In this document: piece after piece, positions 41,322-54,490 of the stretch
How positions within the stretch are numbered: position 1 is the first letter of the stretch
Layout of the letters: every line of letters starts with the position of its first letter
Notes under the pieces: generated by a model
What the model saw: only the letters and a program-made list of their open reading frames with translations
Databases searched by the model: none
What the model was told of the DNA's origin: nothing
Source: Geosiphon pyriformis uo1
Lineage: Eukaryota > Fungi > Glomeromycota
Length of the DNA: 64,000 nt
Assembly (NCBI GenBank): GCA_016748015.1
Contig: JAAOMT010000741.1
Coordinates: 124,001 to 188,000 of the forward strand
Reading direction: 5' to 3'
Program-made: the position numbers and the translations under genes

Positions 41322-41654
41322 NNNNNNNNNNNNNNNNNNNNNNNNNNNNNNNNNNNNNNNNNNNNNNNNNNNNNNNNNNNNNNNNNNNNNNNNNNNNNNN
41401 NNNNNNNNNNNNNNNNNNNNNNNNNNNNNNNNNNNNNNNNNNNNNNNNNNNNNNNNNNNNNNNNNNNNNNNNNNNNNNNNNNNNNNNNNNNNNNNNNNNN
41501 NNNNNNNNNNNNNNNNNNNNNNNNNNNNNNNNNNNNNNNNNNNNNNNNNNNNNNNNNNNNNNNNNNNNNNNNNNNNNNNNNNNNNNNNNNNNNNNNNNNN
41601 NNNNNNNNNNNNNNNNNNNNAATTAATTACTGTTATTATCAACTAGGAAAGCAC

Positions 41655-41978
41655 TTGAACATACAAACATTATACTCAAAAGACTCAACTAGAGTGTTTG
41701 ACAAAACAACTATCCAACTATTAGAACCTTTCATTGAAAAAACCAACACTACATTCCATTCAAAAACAGTTTACAGAATTTTCAAAGCATTTGAAAACTG
41801 TCACAAATTATTGTTGGACCCAACCATGAACATAATAACAACCAACAGTATTGGACGACTTACCAACTCGCAATTTCAAGAATTACAACAACAAATTAAT
41901 AACACAGTATTGAACCACTATAGTAACTTAGAATTTAATGAAGAAATTAACTTCGATTTCGATGGAGCTCAATCTTGA
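41655..41978 (+). CDS. Small extra ORF between integrase and PPT of element C (start probably in the gap), function unknown
   Basis: 107 open codons ending DFDGAQS*; element B ends DFDGAQS* at the same place. Confidence 0.45.
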   Translation: MNIQTLYSKDSTRVFDKTTIQLLEPFIEKTNTTFHSKTVYRIFKAFENCHKLLLDPTMNIITTNSIGRLTNSQFQELQQQINNTVLNHYSNLEFNEEINFDFDGAQS

Positions 41979-41991
41979 AAGGAGTGGATAA

Positions 41992-42857
41992 TGTTACGGT
42001 TTAAGAATTTAGCAAAAAGAATCATAAAAATAATACAAACTATTCAATCATAATATAACACAGTAATAATCTTAGAAAGGTAATGATTAACATAGTAGCA
42101 AATACCATCTTGCGATAGTGGCAAGCACCAGTTCACAATAGCAGCCAACACCAACTGGTGATAGCAGCAAGCACCAGGTTGAAATATCAAAAAGAAAGTA
42201 TTTTCTCGTAGAACTACAAACATGTATATATACAGTAGTTTTAATATTGGGAAAGAATCAATCAAGTAATAAAAATCATAACTTATCAAGCAATAGATCC
42301 AATTTTATCCAACAAACTCCACTTTAAATCATACTTTCAAATTAAATATCCCAAGAAACCTTTAAAATCAAAAAGAAATGAAAAAGAATATTTAAAACTG
42401 AACTATCACAACCCAAAGTATTAAGAAACTTACTTGTATTATTTATTGAATGAAACTATCATTCATCAACTGAATCCCTTGGAAGAATAATCCTTGATCA
42501 AGATTATTCACGTTGTTACTAATTGATAAAAGCTTTATTGTGAAAATTAGAAAAGCGCTAAAGACCATTAACATTCTGTGTTTCTAGATTAGAGAAACAC
42601 ATCAGACAATTGCAAGGATAGCCTCAGAGAAGAGCCCAGACAGTGGGTAGATTTCAGTTCAGCCTCTGAGAAGGAGTACATAAACACACACAACAATCAA
42701 GAATTAAAGAATAACTTACATCGCAACAGTAAAAAGAAAGCCTTCAGTGTAACAGTGACATTATCACACAAATAGAATTGAGGAACTCACGAAAGACTGA
42801 TTGCAATTAAAGCGGGATATCAGCAATTAAATATAACAAGAAAACCATCCCGTAACA
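41992..42857 (+). repeat. 3' LTR of element C (866 bp)
   Basis: TG..CA termini, PPT-like GAAAGGAGTGGA upstream, TSD downstream. Confidence 0.93.
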
Positions 42858-42861
42858 GAGG

Positions 42862-44940
42862 TAAGAGAGAAAGAAGTTTTTTTTAAATTTTTTTAATATT
42901 AAATTTTTTTTATATTAAAATTATTATTTATTACATAATTGTAATTTTATAAAATAATATATTATAATATATTATTTTTGTTATTTTAAAATAATGTTTA
43001 TTATTATTATTATTATTATTATTATTGGTATTTACTATTATTATAAAATAGTACTTATTGCTATTATTAATTAATATTATTACTATATAAATTTTTTTTA
43101 AATTATTATTGTGCTATTTTATAATTGATTAATTTATTATACTTATTAATAATTTTAATAAGTATTTATAATTGTATTTATTAATTAGTTTATTAATAAT
43201 ATTTTTATTACTTTTTAAACCTTAAATTATTAAATAAAAACTTATTAAAAAATTTAATAAATTTTTTAAAAAAATTAAACAATTACTATTTTAATACTTA
43301 AATTCTTAACCAATTTATTATAAAAATAAAAAACAAATTTATTAAAAAAGTTTAATTTTATTTATTATAAAAAAACTTAAAAAATAATAATAATAATAAA
43401 TTTTATTTATTTAATCATAAAAAAATTAAGTTTTACAGCTAAAAAATTGATTAACTTAAAAAAAATTAATAATTATATTATTAATTAACAACAAAAATAC
43501 TAATTATTATAATATTAAATTATAAAAACTTTTTAATATTATCTAATAAACAACTTTAAAATTTTAAATATTATTATTATAAAATTTTAAACCATTAAAA
43601 AAAAATTGTAAAAAATTACAATAAAATTAATAAAAACAAAATAATTAATATTATTTTTATAATAATAATAAAAATTTTATTATTTATAATTATTATTAAA
43701 TTATTATTTACAAAAACCATAATATTAAAACAATTATTATTAAATACTATCAATTTAAAATTATTAATTATAAGTTAAAAAATTAATATAATTAAATTAA
43801 TTTGTATTTTAAAATAAATTATTATTTTTATTAAATAATATAATTGTATTAGAATAGTTTATTAAAAATTTGTTTTAAATTATTTGGTTAACAATAAAGA
43901 TTTGGTTTTGAAATTTGAAGTGATTAAAAACAAAATAAATTTAATTATAAAAAATTAAACTAAAAAACATATAATTAAAAATAAAATTTTTTTTTACTAG
44001 TAAAAACAATTTATTTTTTTAAATTATATTAATGATTACATGTTTTTTAATATTATAAAATAATTAATTTTAATGAATTTTTATTAATTGTTAAAAGTTT
44101 TCTTAAGAAAAAAACTGTAAATTTTTTTAAAATTACTAATAAAATATGAAAATATTGTAATAAATTTATTTTGATTTGGTTTTTGAATCTTTTATAACTT
44201 ATTATTAAATACAAAACTCAATTTAGTTTTGTTAACAAAAATATATATGAAAAATAAAATTGTTTAATTAAAAAAAGTTGAAATATAAGTTTAATTTACT
44301 TAAAAATTTTTTAAGTAAAACCATCTATCATTCATTATTGTATAATTTAAAGCCATTTAATTAAATTTAAATTAAAAAAAAGTAACTTCTATAATATGTT
44401 TTGTTAATATTAAAACAAAAGTTATTAAATTTTGCTAAAAATGATAATTTAATTAAAGATTTTTTGTTATTTTTTAAACCACTTTTCAAAACAAATATAT
44501 TAGATATAAATGCTTTTATATTTGTTTATATTAATTTATAAGTTATATTTTTGTTTAAAATTTTGATTTTTATAAATAATTCTGTTAAAAATTTTAGCTT
44601 TTTTAATATTATTGGTAATATTACTCTCTATTTTTTTAATATTAATTTGAGTATAGATATTAAGATCTATAATTTGCTGTTTTTTACTTTGGTTAAGATT
44701 TAAATTATTGTTTTAATATTTAAATATACTTTAATATCATTTAATATTACAATTTTTTTAAATAGTTAAGTATTTTTAAATGCTTATAAGACTAAATTAT
44801 TGTTAAAAATACTTAATTTTTACAATAATTGTTAGGTAAAGTATTATTATATTAGAAATTTGGTTAAGTATAAAAATATTTTTATAAAATAATAAAAATA
44901 AAAAACTATTTTAATAAATATTAAAGAAATTTTTTGATGG
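42862..44940. other. Extremely AT-rich relic DNA
   Basis: Composition. Confidence 0.72.
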
Positions 44941-45872
44941 TATTACAAGTAATTATTTGGGGTTTTAAATCAAATAACAAACCCATAACTTGGTGCTCAA
45001 TTGATATAATTGGTATTGGTATCTCTGAAGGTGTTGTTTTATTTAAAAGTTTGGTGGATCTGAAGGTTTTGTTGTGAAGTTTTTTGTATAATGGATAGAG
45101 ATTCAGTGGTAATAGTAGTAGTTTTCCTGGAGTCGCAATTATGCCCAATTTCTTTCTCAGCTTGGCAGCTGGATTTATTCTGACAGTCGTGCCCTTCTGA
45201 TAAGCTATCTGTTAGTATATATAATTCTACTCTTATTTCTGGGTCTTTTACCAGGCTATCTTTGATGTTAATAACTCAGCACTTAATCCTTTTAATCAAT
45301 TAGTAAACAACAAAAGAAAATAAAATAAAGAAAAATAAAAGAAAATAAAGAAATAAAGAAAATAAAATAAGAAATAAGTGTTCTGTTAATAGGCATAATC
45401 AAGAACTATTGTGCTAACAGATTAATTAGTGGATAATAACATTAATATGGAAGTGATTTCACTTCAAGTTATAGTATTCTATCTTTTAAAGGAAGAATAT
45501 TTAATAATTATGATCTGTGAGTCTAATTGACTCTGAGAGTCCTACTGACTCTCAGTCTTCTTAACTTTGAGCCTAATTGACTGCCTAATTTTTACTTTTT
45601 TAGCTTTTGATACTACTGTTATATATATATAATTGAGATTCCTCAATTTCTCAATTTTTCACACCAGGAATCCTGGAATTCCTGGAATCCTGCAATTCCT
45701 TTGAGAAAAATTCTGGAATTCTGGAATCCTGCAATTTCTCATACAAGAATCCTGAAATTCCTGGAATCCTGCAATTCTTCTGAGAAGAATTCTGAAATTT
45801 CATATTTACTATGTTTATTCTAATTGGCTAATTTATGTACTAATATTTAATTTCTATATTCTATGAGTAACA
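44941..45872 (-). mobile_element. Solo LTR of the element A family
   Basis: Homologous over its length to 18153-19022; flanked by ATGG / ATGA (4-bp TSD with one transition); no internal sequence. Confidence 0.87.
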
Positions 45873-46699
45873 ATGATTAATAATAAAATAATTTTTATAA
45901 TATTTATTATTTTATTAGATTAATAAATAATACAGTTAATTATTTTTTATAAAAAACAAGTTTTGGTTTTAAAATTATAAATTTTTTACTTATTAGTAAT
46001 ATTAATTGATATTATATTGTTTTAATTTAATATTTTAATTTTTACATAATTATTAAATTTATAAACAAGTTTATTATTGGTCTATATATATATTTAATAA
46101 AAGCTTTTCATAAAAAATTGTCTATTACTGTTAAAAAATACCTATATAATAACAAATATTTAAGTATATTGTGAGAAAATAGAGTTTTTAAATTATGTTT
46201 TTATTTGTAACTTAAATTTTTGTGTTTATTAAAAGTTGTTGAATAAATAGTTTTTTTTGATATTAGTTTGTATATAGTCTTATATAAAAAGTTTATTTTA
46301 ATAATTAATTGGTAAAAACTAAAGTAGTTTTTATTAATATTAAGATTACTATATTAAAATTGGTTAATTTTGTACATGATTAATCAATTTAAAACTGTAT
46401 ACAATAAGAGTTTATTATATAATAAAAATTTAATATATGTTAATATATATGGTTTTTTAATTATAATATTATGTAGTATTATATATTTATTAAGAATAGA
46501 TAAGAATTATGCTATTAATTTTGAATTAAAAATTAGTTATTTGTTTTTTTAATATAGTAAATAATATCTTAATTAGTATAGTTATATAGTATTATTTTAA
46601 TTGACTAAATAATTAGTTATATATAGAAAATACATGAATTATATTTAATTTAAAATTTTAAATAGTTGTATTATATTAAATAATAATTAAATTCTATTT

Positions 46700-46803
<104 letters not shown>

Positions 46804-46816
46804 GAACTCATAATAA

Positions 46817-48037
46817 ATGCCAAAAAAACTGAAAATACTCTTATTCGTACATTATCAATTAAAAATATATCCAAATTATCTTCAAAAACAACTCTTAAAA
46901 TGATGGATGGGATTGGCCAGATTTGCTTTTAATACAGTAATGAGATGGAGCAAAAAACGTCAAATTAGAAGAGATTATTGAAGGGGTTGGTGAACAAAAG
47001 TTTTATTCGGTTAGGGATACTTTTTACCAAAATTGTTTAAGTTTAGCTCCTGTCAATATTATAGATGAAGTTATTAAACGTAATACACAGTGACAACAAA
47101 ATGCAACAATACATCATTTTTCTTTTTGTTCTCGTAAAGCATTACATCAAACTATTACAATTCATATGTTCAAAATTTTTTTCAATAAATCATTTTTTTG
47201 TTACTTTTCTTCACACTTCATCAATCGTATCAATACAAGTTTGTTTCCAGTTTAAATAATAATAATAATGAAAATTCATTATGGCCTTTACAATTTGAAA
47301 CAAAGTACAAAAACAACAAATGGCTCTTTCTACACAAAATTACATGTGATAGCAAGCTTGCCTGGGTTTATGAGATAGAAAAACAAGTCCACGAAACCCA
47401 AGTGGATAGGTTTATTCATCCAGTCTCTATTGATCCTGAAATTCATACACCTTTTACATGGTATTGTCCTACTAAAGGAATAAGTAAAATTGGTCAAACA
47501 TGATATTAGACGTATTATTCGTATTTGCATCTACATGATCAATTTAATATCAAAAAAAAAATAAGTTAATACAATCAACTTCTAAACGCAAAAAGAAGAA
47601 AGCTAAAAGGCTTGATAAAGCAATAGCATGTATCCAACGAAAAATTAAATGAAAATTCATAGAAAATCTATTGCTTTTTTTACCCATGAATTCGATGCCA
47701 TCATCATTCCACCGTTCGAGGTATCTAATATAGTGAATCTGAAAAACACGAAAATCAGTCCGAAAAATGCTTGGCTGGGCACATTATCGATTTCGACAAT
47801 GTTTAATAGCCAAAAGCAGAGGGAATTAAGAATTCATGTTATTATCCAAAATTAAAAGCTTATACGTCCAAGACTTGTAGTTGGTGTGGGAACATCCAAA
47901 ACATCGAAGGATCTGCGATATATAAATGCCGAAATTGTAAGACTGTTATGGATAGAGATGAAAATGGCGTTCGGGGAATTTTTCTCCGGAGATCATGCAG
48001 GAAAATAGTAGCAATGCTTAACATTGTTTATTATTGA
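46817..48037 (+). pseudogene. Fanzor/TnpB-family RNA-guided nuclease pseudogene (IS607/Fanzor2-like)
   Basis: Manual translation across frameshifts: KIYPNYLQKQLLK*WMGLARFAFN (HTH_OrfB-like), FCSRK..QTITI, SIDP(E)IHTPFTWY (RuvC-I), EFDAIIIPPFEVS, MLGWAHYRFRQCL, AYTSKTCSWCG..YKCRNC..MDRDENGVRGIFLR (Zn ribbon and RuvC-III). Confidence 0.88.
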
Positions 48038-48648
48038 TATATATATATATATATTATAATCAATCCGGAGTTAGTTTAAAAATGATGAAATGGGGCGAAG
48101 AGATTGTACACAGAAAGCATCATCTGATCAAAATTTTTTGTAAGCTGAATATCAATTTATCTTTTTGATGAAAAAGCTTTTTTACGACAGCTTCCCACAA
48201 GAGGTTCAAATAGTTAAAGAATTAATCCTCTTTTGAATTCTTGTCTGGCTATAAATTATAAAACAAAGAACGTGATATTCTTTTAATAGGATTGTTTTAG
48301 TTAGCTTGGGAATTTTGATAATCTTCAAATTCCCTATTCAAGGCAATCCCCGATGATCATTGTGAAGCTCACTATTAAAAATTTGGCGTCATAAACTGAT
48401 TCTAAAACATCATAATAAATTACGTGTATATATCTGTAGATACCTTTTATTTTAAAAGGCGCGCTCCCTTGTCTTACCTCGCATTGTTGGCTCTTCGTTA
48501 ATAATTAAGTGGCATTCTTTGACATAATTAGCCCCTTATTTTTCTTCCTCTATTTTATATAGGATTAGTGATTCGCTTTTTTCCTTGTTTTTTTTTTCTA
48601 TTAAAGTTACGAACATTTTTCTTTAGTTTTTATATCGGTTTAATCATA

Positions 48649-50400
48649 ATGATACTTAAGGCATTCCTGACCACTTTCTTCCTTTCGTCAGCTCTCGCTG
48701 TTCCTTTTTATTCGGACCAAAAATCAATACAGCTCGCCCCATTGATTTCTTCAACCGAAGCTAAGGTCATTCCTAACCGATACATTGTGGTCTTCAAAAA
48801 CGACCTTGAAAAAGAGAAAATTCAATTTCATCATACTTTTGTTGGCCACTGTGTTACTGAAGAGAAAAAAACTTTGGCTAAACGCAGTGACGGTTTCATG
48901 AAAAAATTGATATCTGGTATCGAACATACTTATGACTTTACAAACTTTAAAGGCTACGCCGGTCGATTTACCGATGATGTTTTGCAAAAAATACGAGAAA
49001 GTGATGAGGTAAATTAAAAGTTATTTTAACTGGCAAATTTAAATAAAGTTCTTGAAAAAAGATAAAAAGTCAATTTTTTACCTTTGACCTTATCTGATTA
49101 ATTGATTCTGTAAACTATAATCGATTATTCTTAAATTATTGCTTTTTTATAGGTAGACTACGTGGAAAGGGATCAAACCGTTCACACCACTGAACTACAG
49201 AAAAACGCACCATGGGGTTTATCTCGTATCTCCCATCGTGCTTCTTTGACTTTTGGCACTTTCAACAAATATCCCTACCACGAAACTTCAGGAAACGAAG
49301 TTGCTGTATACATCATTGATACCGGTATCAATATCAATCACACTGATTTCGAAGGCCGTGCCTCATGGGGTATTACAATTCCTGACGGCGATGAGGATAT
49401 TGATGGGAATGGACATGGTGAGCATCTTTAATTTATATCTAACACATGATTAAATAGAATCCCCAATATCGAATGGTTTTTTATCAATATCCATTTTTTC
49501 CTTTTAGGTACTCATGTTGCCGGTACTATTGCTGGTAAACGTTATGGTGTCGCCAAGAAGGCCAAGGTTATTGCAGTAAAAGTATTGCGATCAAACGGCT
49601 CTGGAACCATGGCCGATGTTATCAAGGGTGTCGAATGGGCTGCCGAAGCTCATCAGGAATCTGTTGCTAAAGCCACCCAGGAAGGAAAGCCACACAGGGG
49701 ATCAAGTGCTAATATGAGTTTGGGAGGTGGTAGAAGTCGAACATTGGATGCCGCTGTCAATGGTGTATGTATAAAAAGCCTGGCGTTGCGATTTATTACT
49801 CGAATGCTTAATTCCCCCATGATTGTTTAAATTATTTTATTTTTTGACCATTTTCGCTTTAGGCTGTCGATGCTGGTCTTCATTTTGCAGTTGCTGCCGG
49901 AAATGATAATCGTGATGCCTGTGATTATTCCCCAGCCGCCGCTGAGAAAGCGATCACTGTCGGTGCTTCTACAATTGAAGATGAACGAGCCTGGTTCTCA
50001 AATCATGGATCGTGTGTTGACGTTTTTGCGCCGGTATTTAAAGATTCTAAAAAAAAAAAACTACTTCTAAAGCCCGTTCTTTTCGAACTGATTTAACTTT
50101 AACAAAAATATTTCGCTAATTTTCTTTTAAATTCAGGGTAAGGACATCACTTCAACCTGGATTGGTTCAAATGTTGGGACCAATACGATCTCTGGAACTT
50201 CAATGGCCTCTCCTCACGTTGCTGGCTTGATCGCCTATTTCCTCTCAATTCACCCCGACTCTCAATCGGAATTTTTTGCCGGTGAATTGACCCCCAAAGA
50301 ACTCAAAGATAAAATCTCAGCCTTGTCAACCAAAGACACCCTTAATAAGATTCCCGCCAACACCCATAACTTATTGGTGTTCAACGATTACCAAACATAA
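48649..50400 (+). CDS. PRB1: Vacuolar subtilisin-like serine protease (cerevisin/protease B, S8 with I9 propeptide); exons 48649-49008, 49153-49417, 49508-49764, 49863-50033, 50137-50400
   Basis: Signal peptide, YIVVFK propeptide, [15 protein letters not shown] / GHGTH / GTSMASPH triad, GT-AG introns that keep frame. Confidence 0.93.
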
Positions 50401-51156
50401 ACATAATAGTAATTATTCAAAACCTTGAAAGATTAGAGACCAATTTTAATATTAAATTGGTGGTTAAAGGTCTACACATATAGTTTTCAAAACCCCTTTT
50501 TGAATCTCCTTTGCGAACAGCATAGTTCTTTATCTCGTGACAATCATTACTATTATTACTTATATATATACATTCAGTTGTGAATATCTTATCTCTGAGG
50601 CTTCTAAATCATCATTTCTTCCTTGCAATGAAATAAATCCAGGAATTTCAAAATTTGGTAGTTCAAAGTCACATCTTTGTCCTATATATATCAATGAAAT
50701 TTTTGGGTTAGGATGCATCAAGTCTTTGCACTCTATAAAACGAATCTAGTAGTGTTTGATTTTTGTCCCACGATCAAGACTTTTAGCTAAGAAATTATTA
50801 ACAAGAGAATGTTGAGACAAATCATAGAATTTAGAAAACTGTTGAACATTCATTTTAATTACCTTTCAGCAGCTAAGAACAGTAGCACAATACAAGCTGG
50901 GTGACTGAGAACTTAAAGTGGAAAAATTTAAAAGGGATACCATCTAATATGGGAAGCAGAAAGCTGCATTTATTGCAGAAAACGGCCAAGAGACTCCCAG
51001 CGAGGTAAATTCCAAAGAAAATTTGCGGGAAAAGAAATTATCCCAGTGTTTATTAATTGTCAAAAATTGCAAGCTGCTAGAGGAACTCTTTCTAAATCCC
51101 AAGGAAGTCGTGATTCTTTGTCAGCTCGAAAGTTCTACTCCAGTAATACTTTTCTA

Positions 51157-52248
51157 ATGAGTCAAAAGTTAGCTCATAGGACTTACAGCTCAGAACTGGA
51201 AATAGAAGATTCTCTGGAGCCTTTCATGGAAACTCGTAATCACGTCGATACTGTCTCGGTAAAAATTGCGAGGCATGATATTAAAAAAATAGAGGATCAG
51301 GAAATAATTGAGGAAATTATTTTAAAAGATTCCTTGAAGATTGAACACATTAATGACGCCTCTGAAGAAATATCGCGGGAGCTAGTGATCACGGATACAA
51401 AGGAGAAGAAATACTTTATTTCGAATAGCCACAAGGATATTAGGGATACTATCAATTTAACCAGTAAAACGATCCAAATTGCTTCGCGGGAAATAAGCTC
51501 AACAGGCTTAAATATAAATGAAATTGATATATCTAGTTCTCCTCACCCAATTTTCAGATTAAATATTTTTGATTTCGATGGAACTCTATTCCTTTCTCCT
51601 CTTCCCAACCCTTATTTATGGGATAGTAGGTTTATAGGACGGCTTATGAACAAAGGACTGATTGGACGCGGTTGGTTTCAAGAGGGACGCACTTTAGAGT
51701 TTGGAAAAAGCGCTGAAATGACTGGTTGGGATGGTTGGTGGAATGAAGAAGTAGTAGATCAAGTCATAGAATCAATGAATGATCTGAACGCATTGACAGT
51801 ATTACTTACAGGTCGACAATATACAACTTTTCATCAAAAGATTTCCAAAATGATCAAAACAAAAGGTCTATTATTCGATGTGTTGGGTTTTAAACCCGAT
51901 TCAAACATAATTGAATGGGATAAAATGTATCAGACCAACTCATCTAAACTTTCCATAAAACGAAATCAGTCCGCAGAATTACCATTAGGTTTCTCCACGA
52001 TGGTTTACAAAAAAGCATTTATAAGTGGTCTCCTCGAGCATCATCCTTTCGCAAAATCTATCAAGTTATGGGAAGATCGTAAAGCGCACGTCATGCAATT
52101 CGAAAGATATATTTTATCTCTACGCAATCAAGGAGTAATTCAAACTGGAACCATCCGTCACATCTCTGCCCCTGATAGATATTTGGACCAAAGGAGGGAA
52201 CGAGAATTGGTGGAAAACATGATCGCTGAGAACTTTGTTGACTATTAA
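51157..52248 (+). CDS. HAD-superfamily Swiss Army Knife RNA-repair-like (HAD_SAK_1) domain protein; start uncertain
   Basis: FDFDGTLFLSPLPN, WWNEEV, LLTGR, K, WEDR motifs. Confidence 0.8.
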   Translation: MSQKLAHRTYSSELEIEDSLEPFMETRNHVDTVSVKIARHDIKKIEDQEIIEEIILKDSLKIEHINDASEEISRELVITDTKEKKYFISNSHKDIRDTINLTSKTIQIASREISSTGLNINEIDISSSPHPIFRLNIFDFDGTLFLSPLPNPYLWDSRFIGRLMNKGLIGRGWFQEGRTLEFGKSAEMTGWDGWWNEEVVDQVIESMNDLNALTVLLTGRQYTTFHQKISKMIKTKGLLFDVLGFKPDSNIIEWDKMYQTNSSKLSIKRNQSAELPLGFSTMVYKKAFISGLLEHHPFAKSIKLWEDRKAHVMQFERYILSLRNQGVIQTGTIRHISAPDRYLDQRRERELVENMIAENFVDY

Positions 52249-52514
52249 GACATGAACTAAGTCTTGTAATACTAAACTCTAGTTTGATTTTGGAGAAACT
52301 AGCAAGGATTGCACATTGATCTGTTGATGAAATTGCACAATTTAAATATTTGTCTCTCAACCTCCTATTCTGGGAACCGCAAGCTGAAGAAATGTAAAAT
52401 TTTGATGCTGGCGTGCCCTGCAACTTATAATGCCAAATTGAGCCATATTCTAGTTCAATAATATATCTTTTGGAATATCCTTTTAAATTTTGATAACACA
52501 CCATAGAAATAGAA

Positions 52515-54490
52515 TCACAGTTTAGCGAGATATAATTGTACTATGATTCCAACTACCAAGACCAACACGGAAATCAAAACCAATATAATATATAACAGGA
52601 CTATTTCAGAAAAAATGGTTGATTAATTAATTTGCCAAATTAATTAATCGGACAGGATTAAAAATGAGGAATTCCTACCTGAACCAAATTCCTTGGGAAT
52701 TTTAATAATATTTACAGTATTATCAAAAGAGCCACTGACAAGCAATGCAGAGTCATGGCTAAAATTCAATGTCAATGCGGGAAACTGGTGTACATTTGAT
52801 ACTTTTGAAAGGACCTTATGATTGGAATAATATTTTAGAGGAAAAAATCCAAAATTAAATTCTCAAATGCGTACCCATCACGAACCCTAAGATTTTGAGA
52901 GTCTAATATTCTAACGCTCAAATCTGAAGAAGCGAAAGCTAAGAGCTTTCCATTTTTACTAAAAATTATTATAGAAATATTTAATGATTAGTTTAAAAAT
53001 ATCAGCCCAAAATGAATACGATACCTTATTGTGAAAGAAACAATGGGCCTTTGGGAGACGGCTTTACTCGTGACTTGATCCCAATTTACCAAATTCCATT
53101 TAACAATATATGCTTTACTTCGAGAAGTTGTATTTACCACCGTGTATAAAAAGCCTTCAGATGTTTCTCTACCATATCTGTTCGGAATTATTTTAAGATC
53201 CCAAAGAAATGATAAATAATAACAAATAGTAGAAAAGTTGATAAGTTTTTAAGGTTACCTGACCGCTCTGAATTCGCATTTAGTCGACTTTTGAAACACG
53301 GGCCGATCAATTGTTTGAATGCATTTACCATTCCTCGTAGACCAAACTCGTAGATGATTTGACGATACCGCCACAACCTGCGCGCGTTAGTTTAAATAAA
53401 TTATGTTAAATGATATTTGAAAAGAATACTAAGCCCTTGATGAAAAGGTATTAGTACCAACATTTTTTCCGCTTGTATCGAAATCGATATCGTAAATTTC
53501 ATCCTGGTCATAAGTCATTGGAGGGAAGGCTAAATCTAACGAGGGATACTTTAAAACCGTTAACTAAATGGTTTTCAATTACAAATTTAGTTCAGGACAG
53601 AAGAGGGAAAAAAATTTTATGACTTCAAAAATAAATTCTCACTTTGCTATCAGTTCCTCCGGTTGCAAGAAATCGACCATCTTTACTGAAGACGGATACT
53701 TTCTTTTGTTAAAAAAGAATGATCTTTTACACAATATCCGGACAAATAGTTTATGGCGAAAATAATACTAGTAATCAAAAGCCTAAACAATAAAAAGTGT
53801 TTCACCTGATAATCATTTGGATTCGTGCTACTCAGAGTTTTTAGCTTTTTAACCAAATTTATTCTGATGAGTGGTGAGCGATTTCAGTTAGAACTGATTA
53901 ACTCTTGCAATTTCTTTAACGTTGAAAATCAATCCTATACTTTTTGTTGGAGTATTTGAATAGGCGGCAATTTTCATTTTCGCCTGCTTGTATCTTTTCT
54001 TTCTTGCTGTTAATTCCACAGACTACAATGTTGTACTATCAAAATAAAATTTATAGGGATTTTGATTAGATCAAACAATGTTGATTAATTTAAGGCTTTT
54101 TTTGACCAAATTAATTCAATTACCTCAGGATGAAAGCCCATACCAACTGGAGTATCTTCGTCACTGGAAAGTTCTATCTCAGACAACTGGATCAAATTCG
54201 ACTTGGAAAATTCTACTTTGTATAGCACCTTTAAGGAGTATTTAAGAACCTTTAGTTTCTTTCTTAATGTTCTTTTAATTAACATGATAAACTAACCAAT
54301 TTATTTTTGACGCCAGTTCTCCCCGCCCCACCACCACCGCCGATCAATAACTCTCCAGAAGCATTGAAACCTTTAAAGCAAAAGTAGATTCGAATCTTCA
54401 ATCAATATTACGATTAGCGCATTCTCCAGATTTACCTGCACAATATACAGGAAAGCCAACATCCCAAAAAAATTTTTCAAGCTTTGGCAT
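52515..54490 (-). CDS. SEC12: Sec12/PREB, ER membrane GEF for Sar1 (WD40 propeller with C-terminal TM), multi-exon
   Basis: Spliced translation MPKLEKFFWDVGFPVYCA|GFNASGELLIGGGGGAGRTGVKNKL (K-loop)|VLYKV..EIELSSDEDTPVGMGFHPE|YNIVVCGIN..GENENCRLF..; LLVSGSFDNTV; last exon TM IILVLISVLVLVVGIIV; middle exons not fully traced. Confidence 0.88.

Larger units (their letters stand above)
33853..42857 (+). mobile_element. Ty3/Gypsy LTR retrotransposon C, 4-bp TSD GAGG (internally gapped and partly misassembled)
   Basis: TGTTA(T/C)GG...CGTAACA LTRs; GAGG at 33849-33852 and 42858-42861; PBS TTTGGTGAACCCT at 36080; gag, PR, dUTPase, RH, IN. Confidence 0.93.

Noticed and set aside
50500-51050. Possible small minus-strand spliced gene between PRB1 and the HAD gene
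   Set aside because: Candidate intron too short (~29 nt) and no recognisable protein motif
52091-52504. 137-aa minus-strand ORF
   Set aside because: Overlaps the HAD gene end and the SEC12 3' region; no motif
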